Shown here: positions 34,031 through 34,127 of the stretch, one piece after another | Position numbering within the stretch: position 1 is the first letter of the stretch | Layout of the letters: every line of letters starts with the position of its first letter | Virus record (IMG/VR): IMGVR_UViG_3300046786_000276 | Coordinates: 1 to 34,127 of that record | DNA length: 34,127 bases | Reading direction: 5' to 3' (one strand) | Source of the DNA: a virus | Taxonomy: Duplodnaviria > Caudoviricetes | Position numbers and translations under genes: made by a program | Notes under the pieces: model-generated | What the model was told of the DNA's origin: nothing | Databases searched by the model: none | Seen by the model: only the letters and a program-made list of their open reading frames with translations

Positions 34031-34127
34031 GTTTACCGGTTTAACGCTGGTTTACGCTCAGGGCCTTCCAGGTCCGCTTTGGCCCCTGCGTTTGCCGATT
34101 TTGACCGGAGGGTACCCACCTGGGGGG
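34031..34127. other. Possible packaging (cos/pac) region
   Basis: Non-coding and upstream of TerS; tandem GTTTAC / GGTTTAACGCT / GGTTTACGCT repeats (34031-34058), GGGTACCC palindrome and a G-run at the window edge. Confidence 0.35.

Overview
The window is most of a compact (~34 kb), GC-rich tailed dsDNA phage genome of siphovirus type. Every credible gene is on the minus strand, and many are stop/start-coupled. In transcription order (right to left): possible cos/pac region; TerS; a ParB-fusion plus GREB1/TAGT-like glycosyltransferase pair wedged between the terminase subunits; lambda-like TerL and portal; ClpP protease/scaffold; capsid; neck and tail tube; fibre genes; holin/spanin cluster; tail chaperones; tape measure; GTA-like baseplate (hub, NlpC/P60, tail tip). 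An early/middle region follows, with a recombinase-like protein, Cas4-like DUF2800 nuclease, MazG-like pyrophosphatase, SSB, RusA, a DUF2829/Tad2 anti-defence sponge, an i-type-lysozyme-like enzyme, a metallophosphoesterase, a replication initiator and a DnaC-like loader. I found no integrase, repressor, tRNA or CRISPR. The most interesting unexplained signals: (i) a short pseudoknot-like motif in three intergenic gaps, two copies of which bracket the Tad2 gene as direct repeats; (ii) a C4-antisense-like RNA switch ahead of the replication initiator; (iii) a putative DNA glycosyltransferase module with no recognisable base-hydroxylating partner; (iv) a 47-aa unannotated protein sharing an NGKxGGRP motif with the initiator. 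All family assignments come from motif recognition, not database searches.
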